The position numbers were made by a program, and so were the translations under genes. Shown piece by piece: positions 41,590-58,773 of a stretch of DNA of 64,000 nt. The number at the start of each line of letters is the position of its first letter. Positions within the stretch are counted from its first letter, which is position 1. The stretch is from Octopus vulgaris (lineage: Eukaryota), in the NCBI GenBank assembly GCA_951406725.2, contig OX597832.1:31124001-31188000 (forward strand), in the 5' to 3' direction. Under the pieces are notes generated by a model that was not told the DNA's origin, did no database searches, and saw only the letters and a program-made list of their open reading frames with translations.

Positions 41590-41903
41590 TGGAAAATACT
41601 GGGAAATAGGTCCCAGTTAATGGTTATTACTTAGAGCTGTCCCCTTAAATATGGAAAACACCCAGCAACAGACTATCGCTCCCACCGTTTGTTACTTCTG
41701 GCACTCGTTTCCGTCATTGGACAACGGCCATGCTGGGGCAAAGCATCGAGGGGTCTTATGGAACAAATCGAACCTCGTACCTATTTCTTTAAATAATTGT
41801 TACTTATTCTATCAGTTTCTTTTGTCGAAGCGCTATGTCATGGGGACATTAACAAACCAGCAGCAGTTATCAAACGGTGATGGGGCACAAATCCGAACAC
41901 AAT

Positions 41904-41949
<46 letters not shown>

Positions 41950-42205
41950 TAGAAGAAATAAAGTACTCGGAAGTCTGGATGGTTTTATATTTACAGATTT
42001 TTATTAATATGTCACATGTTGTTATAAATCATATATTAGCGCTTGCGTTCACTCTAGTGGAATCTTCAGATCTGAAGTACCTTATTTCTTCTAATATACA
42101 ATACCTGTACGTCATCTCCAGACCTTCTAATATATTCATACACACACACACACACACGCATACATATATATATTGGCTAAACTGGCAAAATGACAATTCT
42201 GTAAT

Positions 42206-42271
<66 letters not shown>

Positions 42272-42684
42272 AAAAAATGAAGTTCGAAAATGCTGCTATA
42301 TTATACAATTTTTAATTTTTATATATACATTATAACATGTTTCAGTTCCTGAAATGAACCTTATCAAAAAAAGTTATATATAAAAAAAGATAGTTCATGC
42401 TATCAAATATAAGAAATTCATTTATAATACACAATGGAGTCAGACATCATACAGTACATATTTAGTTTGAAGTGAGTTCGTTCATGCTATATGTTTAAAG
42501 TGTATGATGCAGTGGTTCGTGGTGGTGATATATAAAAAAAATAGATCAAAGTGGTGGAATGCAGTCAAGATAAAAAATTGATGTTCCTGAAAGAGCGAGG
42601 GATTCATTTTTACCTTGAGCAACTGTGATGACCAATGGTGGGTGTTCGCTGGATGATTCTGGCGAATCTTGTGAATTGTTCGGG

Positions 42685-43119
42685 TTTTATAACACCTGTT
42701 AGATGGTCAGTCCAGCGTAGCGTGACGTCATCAACGTTTTGACCAATCGTTTCGTTAGGTGGCTTCGTCAAGCAGAACGGGACGTCATCAACATTCTGAC
42801 CAATCGTGACCTATCGCTGTATTATAACTGCCTCTTGTCTGTATCCTGTTTTGGCCAATCGTTTCATTAGGTGGCTTAGTCAAGCAGAACGGAACGTCAT
42901 CAAAATTCTGACCAATCACTACTTATAGCTGTATTAGGTCTGCCCCTTGTCTGTTTCTTGTTAGGTGACTAGTCAAGCAGAAAAGGACGTCATCAATATT
43001 CTGACTAATCTCTGCCCCTTGTCTGTATCCTGTCCAGTCTAGCAGAATTAGACGTCATCAACGTGTTGACCAATCAGAATCGGGTCTGACCCATAGCTGT
43101 ATCGTATGTGGTCAGTCCA
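42685..43119 (-). promoter_or_regulatory. Modular CRE+CCAAT repeat array with downstream TATA (putative PLE pseudo-LTR promoter)
   Basis: 25-bp repeat GACGTCATCAAnnnnnTGACCAATC at 42724, 42781, 42893, 42986 and 43051. TATAAAA on - at 42691-42685. Confidence 0.65.
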
Positions 43120-43265
43120 TCAGGGTTAGATTTGTACGAAGAAATCTTTTTATAAATTTTTTCCCCTTTTTTCCTAAGGCATATTTCCGTCAGTGCGAGT
43201 GACTGTTTAAGGTAGCGGCCGTGGTGGAATTTTGCTTCTCCTTTTCGGAAGACCTATCTTTTGTT

Positions 43266-44503
43266 TTAATATTCCTGGCCCAGGGTGTTTAAACTTGGTC
43301 TATATTTTTTTATGAAATACATTTCTTTATTTTGGCGTTGCGTGAAGGTTGCGTTGTCACTGAATTTATAGAGCGGGTTAGTTGTAAATTTCGGATTTAC
43401 ATTTCCAGCACATCTATCTATGTGTCCGCTGACCGGTATTTTCCGGTAATCAGGGTTTCTAATTTGTGATTTATGAACCGCCATCCTGTTACGTAAGCTA
43501 TTTTTTGTATGGCCTATATACTGCCTATTGCAGCCTGCGCATGTTATGACGTAAATTAAGTTTTCTGATGCGCAGGTGAAGTTTGTTCTAATGGTGAACT
43601 GGTGGCCTTGTTCCAGTATAAATTCTGATCCTTCTTTCAAGATGACACAGATTCCGCAGTTGGGTCTTCCACATTTTCTGACTGCTGGTGTTGTGGTTGA
43701 TGTTGAGTGCAGTGTAGCTTGGGTTAAAATCCTTTTCAAGGATTTTGGTTGCCGTTTACTTTTAATGATGGTGTGTGTTTCGAGGATCCGGTTCATCTTT
43801 GGGTCTCCCTTTAGTAGGGCTGTGCTTTGTAGTATGGTGTTGAAGGCCTCATTGTTGAGTGGGTTGTGTGTAGAGATGTAGGGAAGGGTTTTTAATTGCT
43901 CTTTCTTTTTTGGTTTTGTTTGTCTCAGGTCTTCTATACTTAATTTAAGTACCCGTTGTATTGCACTGTCTATTAGGGGCAGTGGATAGTTTCTATTTGT
44001 GAGTGTGGTTCTAAGTTCCTGGAGACGTGTGTGTCGGGTGTTTGTGTCTGATATTATGGTGCAAATCCTTCTAGCTAAACAAAAAGGGACATTCATTCTA
44101 GTGTGTCGTGGGTGGCATGAATCAAAGGGTAGGTACTGTTTGGAGTCTGTCGGTTTATAGTAGATATCTGTCTCTATTTTGTTGCCGGTTTTCTTAATGA
44201 GGATGTCTAAAAATGGTAATTCTTTTTCGTTGTGATCCATCGTGAATTGTATATTGTCATTTATTCCATTTAATAGTATTTTAAATTCCTCAAGTTTCTC
44301 TATACCTTTGTCCCAGATGATGAAACAGTCATCGAGGTATCTTTTCCAGTTGTTATGTATATAGGTGGCGAAGGTGTTTCCATATTTCTCGAGTGTTATC
44401 CGGTAGAGTATTTTCTCGAGGTATCCCATCACTAGGTTGGCAAAAGATGGTGCAGTACGCGTGCCCATCGCTGTTCCCGATCTTTGTCTGTAGAAATCAT
44501 TGT

Positions 44504-44507
<4 letters not shown>
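43266..44507 (-). CDS. PLE RT C-terminal half + Cys-rich linker + GIY-YIG endonuclease (open frame, N-terminally truncated)
   Basis: [61 protein letters not shown] and KEMYFI..PSLN. No stops over ~413 codons. Confidence 0.95.
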
Positions 44508-44569
<62 letters not shown>

Positions 44570-44690
44570 TCCTCTGTTTACGGAATTACTACTATTTGCG
44601 GTTGAAGCCCTGGCTGCTTTTTCTAGTGGGTCGAACGGCCTATTATGGCCGCTCCTCAATTTGTTATATATATATATATACATGCATATA

Positions 44691-44766
<76 letters not shown>

Positions 44767-44771
<5 letters not shown>

Positions 44772-45468
44772 CTCCTTTAGCTTTCAGAATTACTACTATT
44801 TTTGCGGTTTTGAGTTTGGCTGCTCTTTTCAAGTGAGTTGAACGACCTGTAAGGGTCATTCCTTAATACTTTTGAATATATTATATAGTCTGTGACTATT
44901 TCTATTTTCTCACTTGACCGCTGGTTGCAGAAAATTTTTCTTGAATTTTTCTTGAATTTTTTTTGCTACCCTATATTGATAAATTAATAATTTTTGACTA
45001 ATTCTGAAATTGTATCAGCAGTTTATATTTACTGCTGAGTAGTTGGCGCGTTTACGTTGGATTTCGAAAAATTAGGATATATACACTCGGGGCTTCAGTG
45101 GTGTCGCCTCGTGCGTATATGTTCTCCTTTTCTTTTGGTGACTTTGCTGATGAAACAAGCCAATCGTAAACGGATTTAATTTAATTTAATCAAGTTCGAT
45201 TGCGTAAAAATTGTTGAAACCTTGCAGGGTACAAAGTTGAAAGGGATAAATGTTTTTATTTCTCCTTTAGCTTTCATAATTACTACTATTTTTGCGGTTT
45301 TGAGTTTGGCTGCTCTTTTCAAGTGAGTTGAATGACCTGTAAGGGTCATTCCTTTTAATACTTTTGAATATATTATATAGTCTGTGACTATTTCTATTTT
45401 CTCACTTGACCGCTGGTTGCAGAAAATTTTTCTTGAATTTTTCTTGAATTTTTTTGCTACCCTATATT
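44767..45468. mobile_element. ~211-bp direct repeats (44767-44977, 45257-45468) flanking ~280 bp, within (TA)n
   Basis: Near-identical copies at 490-bp period, with a diverged relative at 44585-44660. Confidence 0.75.
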
Positions 45469-45479
45469 ATATATATATA

Positions 45480-45644
<165 letters not shown>

Positions 45645-46560
45645 TATGTGTATATATATATATATATATATAATATACTCTGCAGGTTTCTTTCAGTTTC
45701 TGTCGGCCAAATTCCCTCGCAAGGCATTGGTCAGTGCCTGGAAGAATAGCAGAAGGTAGTTGCCCAATTGTGCCGCACTGTGGGACAGAATCAAGTTCGG
45801 GAAGCGAGCTTCTTCGCGACACAGCAACGCCTGAGTCTATGAAAATTCTTCGTCACTCACTCTGTACCAGAAATACACTGGGGTGGGTGATACCAGTCAC
45901 ACTCATTCACTATACATCTGTACAGTGAGCGAGAGAGAGAGAGAGAGATAGAGAGGGGAGGAGAGAGAGATGGTGGGAGAGACAAGGAGAGGCGGTGAGG
46001 GGGAAGTGAGAGGTGAGTTAGGGGAGTTAAAGAACCACGAGTTCTAGGACGAAAGCCATCACTACTCTCTTCCCCCCCTCGCAGCAGCAGCAGATTGCAT
46101 TACGGTATACACACCCAACAGACGTAAATACCGATGGAGACGAGGTGTATACGCACATACATACATGCAGATATATACATACATACATACATACAATAAT
46201 ACATACACAAAAACATACATACATAATACATACATACATATATAGATACATACATACACACATACATACATACATACATACACACATACATACATATATA
46301 CATACATACATACATACAAACATACATACATGCATACATACATACATACACATACATACATACACACACATACATACATACATACATACATACATACATA
46401 CATACATACATACATACATACAAACATACATACATGCATACATACATACATACATACATACATACATACATACATACATACATACATACATACATACATA
46501 CATACATACATACATACATACACATACACACATACATACATACATACATACATACATACA

Positions 46561-46591
<31 letters not shown>

Positions 46592-47004
46592 TTACATACA
46601 TACAAACTTACATACATACATCTATACATACATATAAGTATGTATAGATGCATATGTGTACGTAAGTGCTTATGTGCGCGTGTGTGTGTATATATGTGTA
46701 TATGTATATATGTATGCACGTAAGTATATAATTATTGTATGTATGTATGTAGGTATGTATGTGTGTGTGTATATATTTTCTGTCGGTCCATTTGCTTACT
46801 AGCATACATGTACAGAGACATGCTTGGATATATTATATATTCTTGATCTTTTCTTCATTTGATTGCAGCCTAGCTGGAGCACCGCCTTTAGTCGAGCTAA
46901 TCGACCCCCAGGACTTATTCTGTGTAAGCCTAGTACTTTGGCCGAACCACTATGTTACGGAGACGTAGACACACCAGTATCGGTTGTCAAGCCATGTTAG
47001 GGGA

Positions 47005-47039
<35 letters not shown>

Positions 47040-47749
47040 TTTTTTAATTCATAAAAGAATATAAGGATAAAAATCACGTTAATGATTTGTTATCAAGTAG
47101 TCAACCATGCGTATATTTGACTGGAGTTTTTGGTAGTTCTTTTAAGGTGTCGTCCGTAAAAATGTTTTTGTTGCTTTTTAATTGTAATTGGTGTAAGATT
47201 GACTAATTAACGCTCACGCTCATAACAGAGACATTTGAGATAAGCTTTGCAATCCAGCCGTCCTTTGCAGACAGGATTCCGTCTTTCTGAACCGATCGAC
47301 TCTGAAGTGACTTTATATATATAACTGAACTGTGATTATGTATATCAGAAAAGACATATAAATAAGTCGAAGCAATTAGTTGGACTTTTACGGTTTTTAT
47401 AATCATTTATGTTATTTATATAATATTATGTTATATTCATAGTATTTAATGTAATATTGTGATATAAATAAATTATTGGATTGTCAATAGAATATCTCTA
47501 TATTTAATTCATCTTTATTATTGTATTATACCAATATTTATATGGTATCCAAAATATTTTCTGGCTGTGAAGAGAAGCGCCAGTCTTTGAGATGTGGTCC
47601 AGGCTATGCTAAATGTGGTTTTAGCAGGAGAGAGGTCTTCAATGATAATGAGCCCTTAAAATATGGAGCAATCGTTAGGGCTCTAGTTGTGGACATTTCA
47701 TGTTTAGGGGTCACATTTTGTTGATATTAGTAAGCTTTGTCATTATTGT

Positions 47750-48180
47750 TGTTGGAACCGGTAAGACTGGCCTCCACCCGATTTGGTTGGTGCCCTCCAG
47801 AACTTTGTTAATGGTGTCAGTGTTGTGAAGACTGGAAGCGTATGGACGAAGCATGGTCGGGGAAAGTTGAAGAAGGTTCAGAAGCAGGCTGCAGCATCCG
47901 CACCAGAATGGGTGTTCCTGGACGTGATGGCAGGTAAGATGTTGATGTATAGAAAAAAGAGTGAAGAGAATAAGACCGAACCCTGGGGTACACCAGGGTT
48001 GATAAAGTGTCGGGAGAGAAACTACTCCGTCAGCGCACGTCGAGATAGCGCGATCCGAGAGGAAGCTACCGATCCAAGGGATGGGAAATGTGTGAAGCCC
48101 TTGTGTGGGCAATTACGACAGCATTTTGCATGCGAGACAAGGTTGAAAAGCTCTGTTGATGTCAAGCGTGACGACAGTGT
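47750..48180 (-). pseudogene. Degenerate CR1/Jockey-group LINE RT fragment
   Basis: LDINRAF, WIGSFLSDRAISTCADG and a frameshifted GVPQGS. Confidence 0.75.
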
Positions 48181-48359
48181 TTTTACCAAATTCTTAAAAG
48201 CAAGCGTTTATTGGTGGCTGACAGAGAAGAGAAGGTCATCAGTGGAATTCAGTTTTCTGCTGATAAGCGTGTGTCTGCGTGTGTGTATGTGCGTGTGGAT
48301 GTGTGTGTTCATTTGTTAAAACTAGTCCCTCCCGTGTTGTCTTCCTTTTATGCTCATTG

Positions 48360-48433
<74 letters not shown>

Positions 48434-48434
<1 letters not shown>

Positions 48435-49182
48435 AAATTAACAGGATGAGATAAAAATCCAAGGCTGTGAAAGATGTCAGAACATTTATTAAGAGGCCTT
48501 ACACCTGTTTCCGGGATATTTTATATATCCCTCCATCGGAGACGGTGCGAGAAAATGGTTAGGCAATAGTTATTCTAGAGAAGATATGAAACAGAGAGTG
48601 AAGAGGTGGAATGAAAACAGACGTGAGATATGCAGGGATATTGTGTCTGCAGTTCCATTATTTAGGCAGAATGGTATACATAAAAGATTCCTGTACCTTG
48701 TGAGTAAGTTCCAATAGTATTTAAAATTGGTCATTCCAAGCATAGAGTTTGTAAACCATTCTACTTAAATAATGGAACTGCAGATACAACATCCCTGCAT
48801 ATCTCACGTCTGTTTTCATTCCTCCACTTCACTCTCTTTTTCATATCTTCTCTAGAATAACTATTGCTTAACCATTTTCTCACACTGTCTCTGATGAAGG
48901 GATATATAAAATATCCCCGAAACAGCTGTAAGACCTTCTATTTATAAATGTTCTGAAATCTTTCACAGCCTTGAATTTTTATCTCTATCTGTTAATTTTT
49001 TTATATATATATGCATGCTAATATGTGACATACGTTGGACTCCTCATTCGCATAATCATAATAATCGATTATGCGAATGAGGAGTCCAACGTAGGTCATA
49101 TACGAATGAGGAGCTTAACTATGGTCTGTCCATAGCACTTACTCAGCATTACCTGACACCTTTGGGTCTCACTGACACCATT
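48434..49182. mobile_element. Fold-back PLE-type element, same family as 32485-33030; HHR at 48887-48934 (+)
   Basis: ~245-bp inverted arms. Reads GUCU-CUGAUGA-a-GGGAUAU..AUAUCCC-c-GAAA-C AGCU G-UA-AGAC. Extra palindrome at ~49027-49098 and the shared tail. Confidence 0.87.
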
Positions 49183-49211
49183 ACCTCTCATAACCTCTTT
49201 CTCTCTCTCAC

Positions 49212-49298
<87 letters not shown>

Positions 49299-49437
49299 CT
49301 AGATAGATGGATATAGATACATACACACATACATGTACGTATATATTCAGGTATATTTGTTTGTGTATATAAGTGTGTATTATATGTACGTGTGTGTGTG
49401 TGTGTGTGCATGTGTGTATCTGCATGACTACAATAGT

Positions 49438-49472
<35 letters not shown>

Positions 49473-49970
49473 GAGCAGCTGCATACAAATGTAACAGATG
49501 GGAAGTGTCGACAGGATATCTGACTTGTCTGTGTGTCCAATTTCTATATTATGTCTGCTTAGGGGTGTGTGTCTGTGCGTGCATGAATGTGTGCGTGTGT
49601 GTGTGTGTGTGCGTGTGTGTGTGTGTGTGCATGTGTGTATATATATATATATATATGTCTCATTTGTCTGTGTGTCGGCCTAATATCTATCAATATGGCA
49701 TTATTTCACATCATGTCACCCTTTGATAGCTTTCTGGGTCACTGCCTATGTATGAGTGAGTACGTATATGTATGCGTGTGTATCAACGTGTGAATGCATA
49801 TGTGTGTGTGTGTGTGTGTGTGTGTTTTAAGGTGGAGGGGCGGCGACATTGTCACAGGGAATAACATAATGGATGGTGGTGGTGTGAGTGAGAAGAGGAG
49901 GACTTGAGCTACAATGGGAGAATGTGCCAGTGTTACATACATGCATGCATACATACATACACACACACAT

Positions 49971-50003
<33 letters not shown>

Positions 50004-50272
50004 GAGAGAGATAGAAAGAGAGAGAGAGTGGATTAGTAATAAATATGTATATATATATGAGAAGCACACTCTAATATATAAACACACACACACATATATA
50101 CACGTAGATATACATATATATACACACACATATATATATATATATGTATATATATGATCCTATCAGGTGGTGCTATTAAGTTAGACATGCCCTGGACCAG
50201 TCCGTGTTCGAAACAAATCTATCTATCTATCCATCCATCTATACACACACACATATATGTCTCTCTCTCTCT

Positions 50273-50339
<67 letters not shown>

Positions 50340-50349
50340 CATACATACA

Positions 50350-50385
<36 letters not shown>

Positions 50386-50476
50386 TATGTGTGTGTGTGT
50401 GTGTGTTTATATATTAGAGTGTGCTTCTCATATATATATACATATTTATTACTAATCCACTCTCTCTCTCTTTCTA

Positions 50477-50507
<31 letters not shown>

Positions 50508-50536
50508 CTATCTACTTACATACATGCATACATACA

Positions 50537-50670
<134 letters not shown>

Positions 50671-51462
50671 TAAGGCGAACCGACAGAATCGTTAGCACGT
50701 CGGGCGAAATGCTTAGCGGTATTTCGTCTGCCACTACGTTCTGAGTTCAAATTCCGTCGAGGTCGATTTTACCTTTCATCCTTTCGAGGTCGATTAAATA
50801 AGTACCAGTTACGCACTGGGGTCGATATAATCGACTTAATCCCTTTGTGTGTCCTTCTTTGTCCTCTCTGTGTTTAGTCCCTTGTCGGTAGTAAAGAGAT
50901 AGGTATTTCGTCTACCTTTATGTTCTGAGTTCAAATAACGCCGAGGTCGACTTTACTTTACATCCTTTCGGGGTCGATAAATAAAGTACCAGTTACGTAC
51001 TATGGTAGATGTAATCGACTTAATTCCTTTGTCTTTGTTTGTCCCCTCTATGTTTAGCCCCTTGTGGGTAGTAAAGAAATATATATGTTCTTTTGCTTAT
51101 TTGTATCACTCAATCAACCAAGGCCATGCTGGTGCACTATTCTCACAGACAATCACTAACACTCGCACACGCACTTACACACACACACACGCACACATGT
51201 AAATGCGTATTTATAGATGCAGATTTCTGCATATTTGTCATAGCAAAAATATATGACACACATACACACATATGCACGTATATTTCTCTCTATATATGTC
51301 TGTCTGTCTGTCTGTCTTTGTGTCTCTTTTCCTCTTTATATACACAACACCTAAAATTGGTACATATATCCCCATATACATTCAAATATGTGTGTGTGTG
51401 TGTGTGTGTGTTTGTGTCTGTATATGTACGTGTACAACCACTTTGTCCTACATCGTCAGTCA

Positions 51463-54685
<3,223 letters not shown>

Positions 54686-55932
54686 TCCCTTTTACTCCCT
54701 CCCCCTCTCCCTCCACACATACACACACAGTGTACTTTTACTCTTCAGAAACAAACTGCAAAAACGGTCCTAAAGAGCTCTGAATGCCTGTTGGCCATAA
54801 TGGAAGCAACAGCAACGCGACGAGAGGCGGCGGCCTCTGATCACTCGCCAAACGAGTCCATCACGGACAAAGGTGTCGCTATGAAATCCCAACTGTGTAA
54901 TGCACGCGCTATAATGGCGACAGATTGATACAATCAATTATTGATCAATTAATTAGATCAACTTTCTGCTTGATTGCATGGTGGTGGCGGTGGCGGCGGC
55001 GATGGCGCTGATGTATGCATATGCATGCATGCATACATACACACACACACATACATACATGCATACATACACACACACACATACATACATACATACTTGC
55101 ATACATACATACATACATACATACATACATACTTGCACACATACATGCAGACATACATACATACATACATACACTCACACACACACAATCTATGTGTATG
55201 CATGTATGTATGTGTGTATGTATGTAACTTTATATACTGTCTGTCTGTCTGTCTCTCAATATATTTAACGCGTAAGGCGGCGATGTGGCAGAAACGTTAG
55301 CACGACGGGCGAAATGCTTTGCGGTATTTCGTCTGCCGTTACGTTCCGAGTTCAAATTCCGCCGAGGTCGACTTTGCCGTTCATCCTTTTGGGGTCGATT
55401 AAATAAGTACCAGTTACGCACTGGGGTCGATGTAATCGACTTAACCCGTTTTTCTGTCCTTGTTTGTCCTCTCTGTGTTTAGCCCCTTGTGAATAGTAAA
55501 GAAATAGAAATAGGTATTTCGTCTGTCTTTACGCTCTGAGTTCAAACTCCGCCTTGGTCGACTTTGCCTTTCATCCTTTCGGGGTCGATTAAATAAGTAC
55601 CAGTTGCGCACTGGGTTCGGTGTAATCGACTTAATCCCTTTGTTTGCCTCCTCTATGTTTATCCCCCTGTGGGCAATAAAGAAATAAATATATACACACC
55701 CTCACATTTTGAGTTATTTTTCCTTGTTTGCACCAGCACACTTTATATATCATATATCGTATTTGACAGCATATGAGGAACTCTTATTGATGAAAAACTG
55801 TCTCAAAATGCCATCGCAAGTCCTTATGCGCAGTTGGGCCTTTTATAAGATAATCTTATCCTTACCGCCCATTACCTTCAGCTAATTTTAATCCGATCGG
55901 TCTTTTCTACTAACCCTTACTTTTTTATATAT

Positions 55933-56318
55933 ATACTAGCAGTATCGCCCGGCGTTGCTCAGGTTTGTAAGGGAAATAACTATACAGCATTTTTAGAGAG
56001 TTATAGCCAAAAAATAGCAAAAAAATGCATTAAAAATGGAAAAAATATGATGGTAAATTTTTTTTAAAATCGTTGACTCATCGTAGACATTTTTAGAGAG
56101 TTTCTTCCCTTTAAAAAAATATGCATGAAAATGGAAAAATGGTAAATTATTTTTAAAATCGTAGACTCATCGTAGACGCGCGCTAATACCCAGAAGGGCT
56201 CGATATGAATCACGACTATAAAACACCCGGTTTTGGTTAAACTGCACCGCAAAATGTGGGACAGACACTCGAAGGGGACAGACACTCACACAACTACAGT
56301 TTTATATATAAAGATATA
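55933..56318 (+). mobile_element. Non-autonomous Helentron/DINE-1-like element
   Basis: Starts ATACTAGCAGTATCGCCCGGCGTTGC, has an internal ~90-100 bp tandem repeat and ACAGAC units, and ends TTTTATATATAAAGAT. Confidence 0.65.
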
Positions 56319-56536
56319 TAGAGAGAGTAATGTTTTCTGCTAAAGCCGAGACAGTTCAGTTATCTGCCGCGAGACTCCTTTCAATATTTCATGCTTTAAT
56401 GCCCTGGAAACATTTTCCCCTGAATATGTGACGGCTGTGTCCACATACAATACATACACTACGTGAATAGGTGTTTAGCTTCTTCTCTACCCAGGTACAA
56501 CCCACCCAGCGTTCTTTGTATTTCTATAGATGCATT

Positions 56537-56599
<63 letters not shown>

Positions 56600-58773
56600 A
56601 CACACACACACAGACTTCCTCTCTCCCTCTCTCTCTCACGCATACACTCGTCTACACGTACAGATATACCTAATACCTTTATATAATGCTTACTACTGAT
56701 AAAGTCTTAGGCTGAGAATTCACTTCGCTTAATGTCGGCTGCATACCCCGGGTATTTACCTACGATACGCGCCTGATATACATACATACATACATACATA
56801 CATGCATACATACATACATACACACACACACTCACACACACACAAATCTCTGTGTATGTATGTATGTATGTATGTATGTATGTATGTATGTATGTTTGTA
56901 TGTATGTATGTAACTTTATATACTGTCTGTCTGTCTCTCTCTCAATATATTTAACGCGTAAGGCGGCGAGCTGGCAGAAACGGTAGCACGCCGGGCAAAA
57001 TGCTTAGCGGTATTTCGTCTGTCGCTACGTTCCGAGTTCAAATTCCGCCGAGGTCGAGTTTGCCTTTCGTCCTTTCGGGGTCCATAAATTAAGTACCAGA
57101 TGCGTACTGGGATCGATTTAATCGACTGGCCCTCTCCCCCAAAATTTCGGACCTTGTGCCTTGAATAGAAAAAAATATATTTACCGCGTACGTGCGTGCG
57201 TGTATCTAAGTGTACATGAATGCATATATGCATATAGTGAAGGTGCGTGGCTTAGTGGTCAGGGGCATTCGGCTCATAATCGTAAGGTCTTGAGTTCAAT
57301 TCCCAGCGACGCATTATGTCCTTGAGCAAGACACTTTATTTCACGTTGCTCCAATCCACTCAGCTGGCAAAAATGAGTTGTACCTGTATTTCAGAAGGCC
57401 GGCCTTGTCACACTCTGTGTCACGCTGAATCTCCCGAGAACCACGTTAAGGGTACACGTGTCTGTGGAGTACTCAGCCACTTGCACATGAATTTCACAAG
57501 CAAGCTGTTCCGTTGATCGTATCAGCTGGGACCCTCGTCGTCGCAACCGACGGAGTGCTCCTTAATATGCGTATACAACTACGCAAGGGTGTGCGTGCAA
57601 GTACATACAGAGTACGTACTTGGATCTCTGTGTGTAATTAAACACACACACATACACACACAACAGTTGTAACAATAGCGGATAACTCATTCGTCTGGTT
57701 TTGTTGTGTGTGTGTGTTTGTGTGTGTGTGTGTTTGTGTGTGTGTTTGTGTGTTTGTGTGTGTTTGTGTGTGTGAGTGTGTGTTTGTGTATGTGTTTGTG
57801 TGTGTGTGTGTGTGTGTTTGTGTGTGTGTTTGTGTGAGTGTGTGTGTGTGTGTTTGTGTGTGTGCTCACAGAGACACGCGTGCGCGAGCGCATTGTAGAA
57901 AACACGCAACAACCCAAATATTGAACAACGAATTTCTATACAAGAAAGAGAGAGAGAGAGAGCAAGGGAGAGAGGGAAAGGGAGAGAGAGTGAGAGAGAG
58001 AGTGAGAGAGAGAAAGAGAGAGAGAGAGAGCAAAGGAGAGAAAGAAAGGGAGACAGAGTGAGAGAGCATTAACTTCTCCTGTGTCACTCACTATTCAGCT
58101 TCTATTGAACACTGCAGTAGTAGTGACGGTGTCGGTGGTGGTGGTGGTGGTGGTGGTGGTGGTGGTGGTGGTGGTGGTGGTGGTGGTGGTGTCGGTGGTG
58201 GTGGTGGTGGTGGTGGTGGTGGTGGTGGTGGTGGTGGTGTCGGTGGTGGTGTTTGATCGTCACAGCTGCTGATGGGTGGTGAGAGCAGACAGACAGACAG
58301 ACAGACAGACAGGGAACCGTGTCCCCAGCTGCCCGGCCAGGGGGTGTGGTGGGTGGATGGGTGGCAGGCGGGGAGTAGAGTTTGGATTAAAATGTGATGG
58401 TGGCAGTGGCGGTAAGAGGTGAAAGAAGCGTGTGAATGGCAGAGACGTGGGGGGAGAGGGAAGAGGTATGATAGTTGTGGTGGTGGTGGTGGTGATGGTG
58501 ATGGGTGAATAGCATAAGAGTGGTAGGAGGAGGAGGTCGGAAGGGGAAGTTAAGGGGTGGAGGGAGGGTGGATCACAGGTAGGAAGACAAATGTGTGTGT
58601 GTGTGTGTGTGCGTATGTGTGTGTGTGTGTGTGTGGTTTGCTGCTCCGTATCTAACAGCATTTATACACACAGGTAAATAAATACAGGTATAGATTAATT
58701 ATGAACGATGGAACCAGTAGCAATACCAAAAAGTAATATTTATATCCAACTTAACGTGGATGTCATGTCAACA

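Larger units (their letters stand above)
42270..44507 (-). mobile_element. 5'-truncated Penelope-like retroelement (Neptune-type) between (TA)n tracts
   Basis: RT/GIY-YIG ORF followed by a ~1 kb 3' region with a repeat array, TATA box and HHR-like motif. Confidence 0.92.

Noticed and set aside
42724-43075. CRISPR-like repeat-spacer array beside an RT/nuclease ORF
   Set aside because: Spacers vary from ~32 to 87 bp and share sub-blocks rather than being unique. There are no cas genes, the context is eukaryotic, and the repeats are transcription-factor motifs.
45146-45175. CTGATGA as a hammerhead core
   Set aside because: No stem II, GAAA or closing stem I.
47297-47382. Hammerhead-like CUGAAGU...GAAG
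   Set aside because: Two core mismatches and no clean palindrome; at most a relic.
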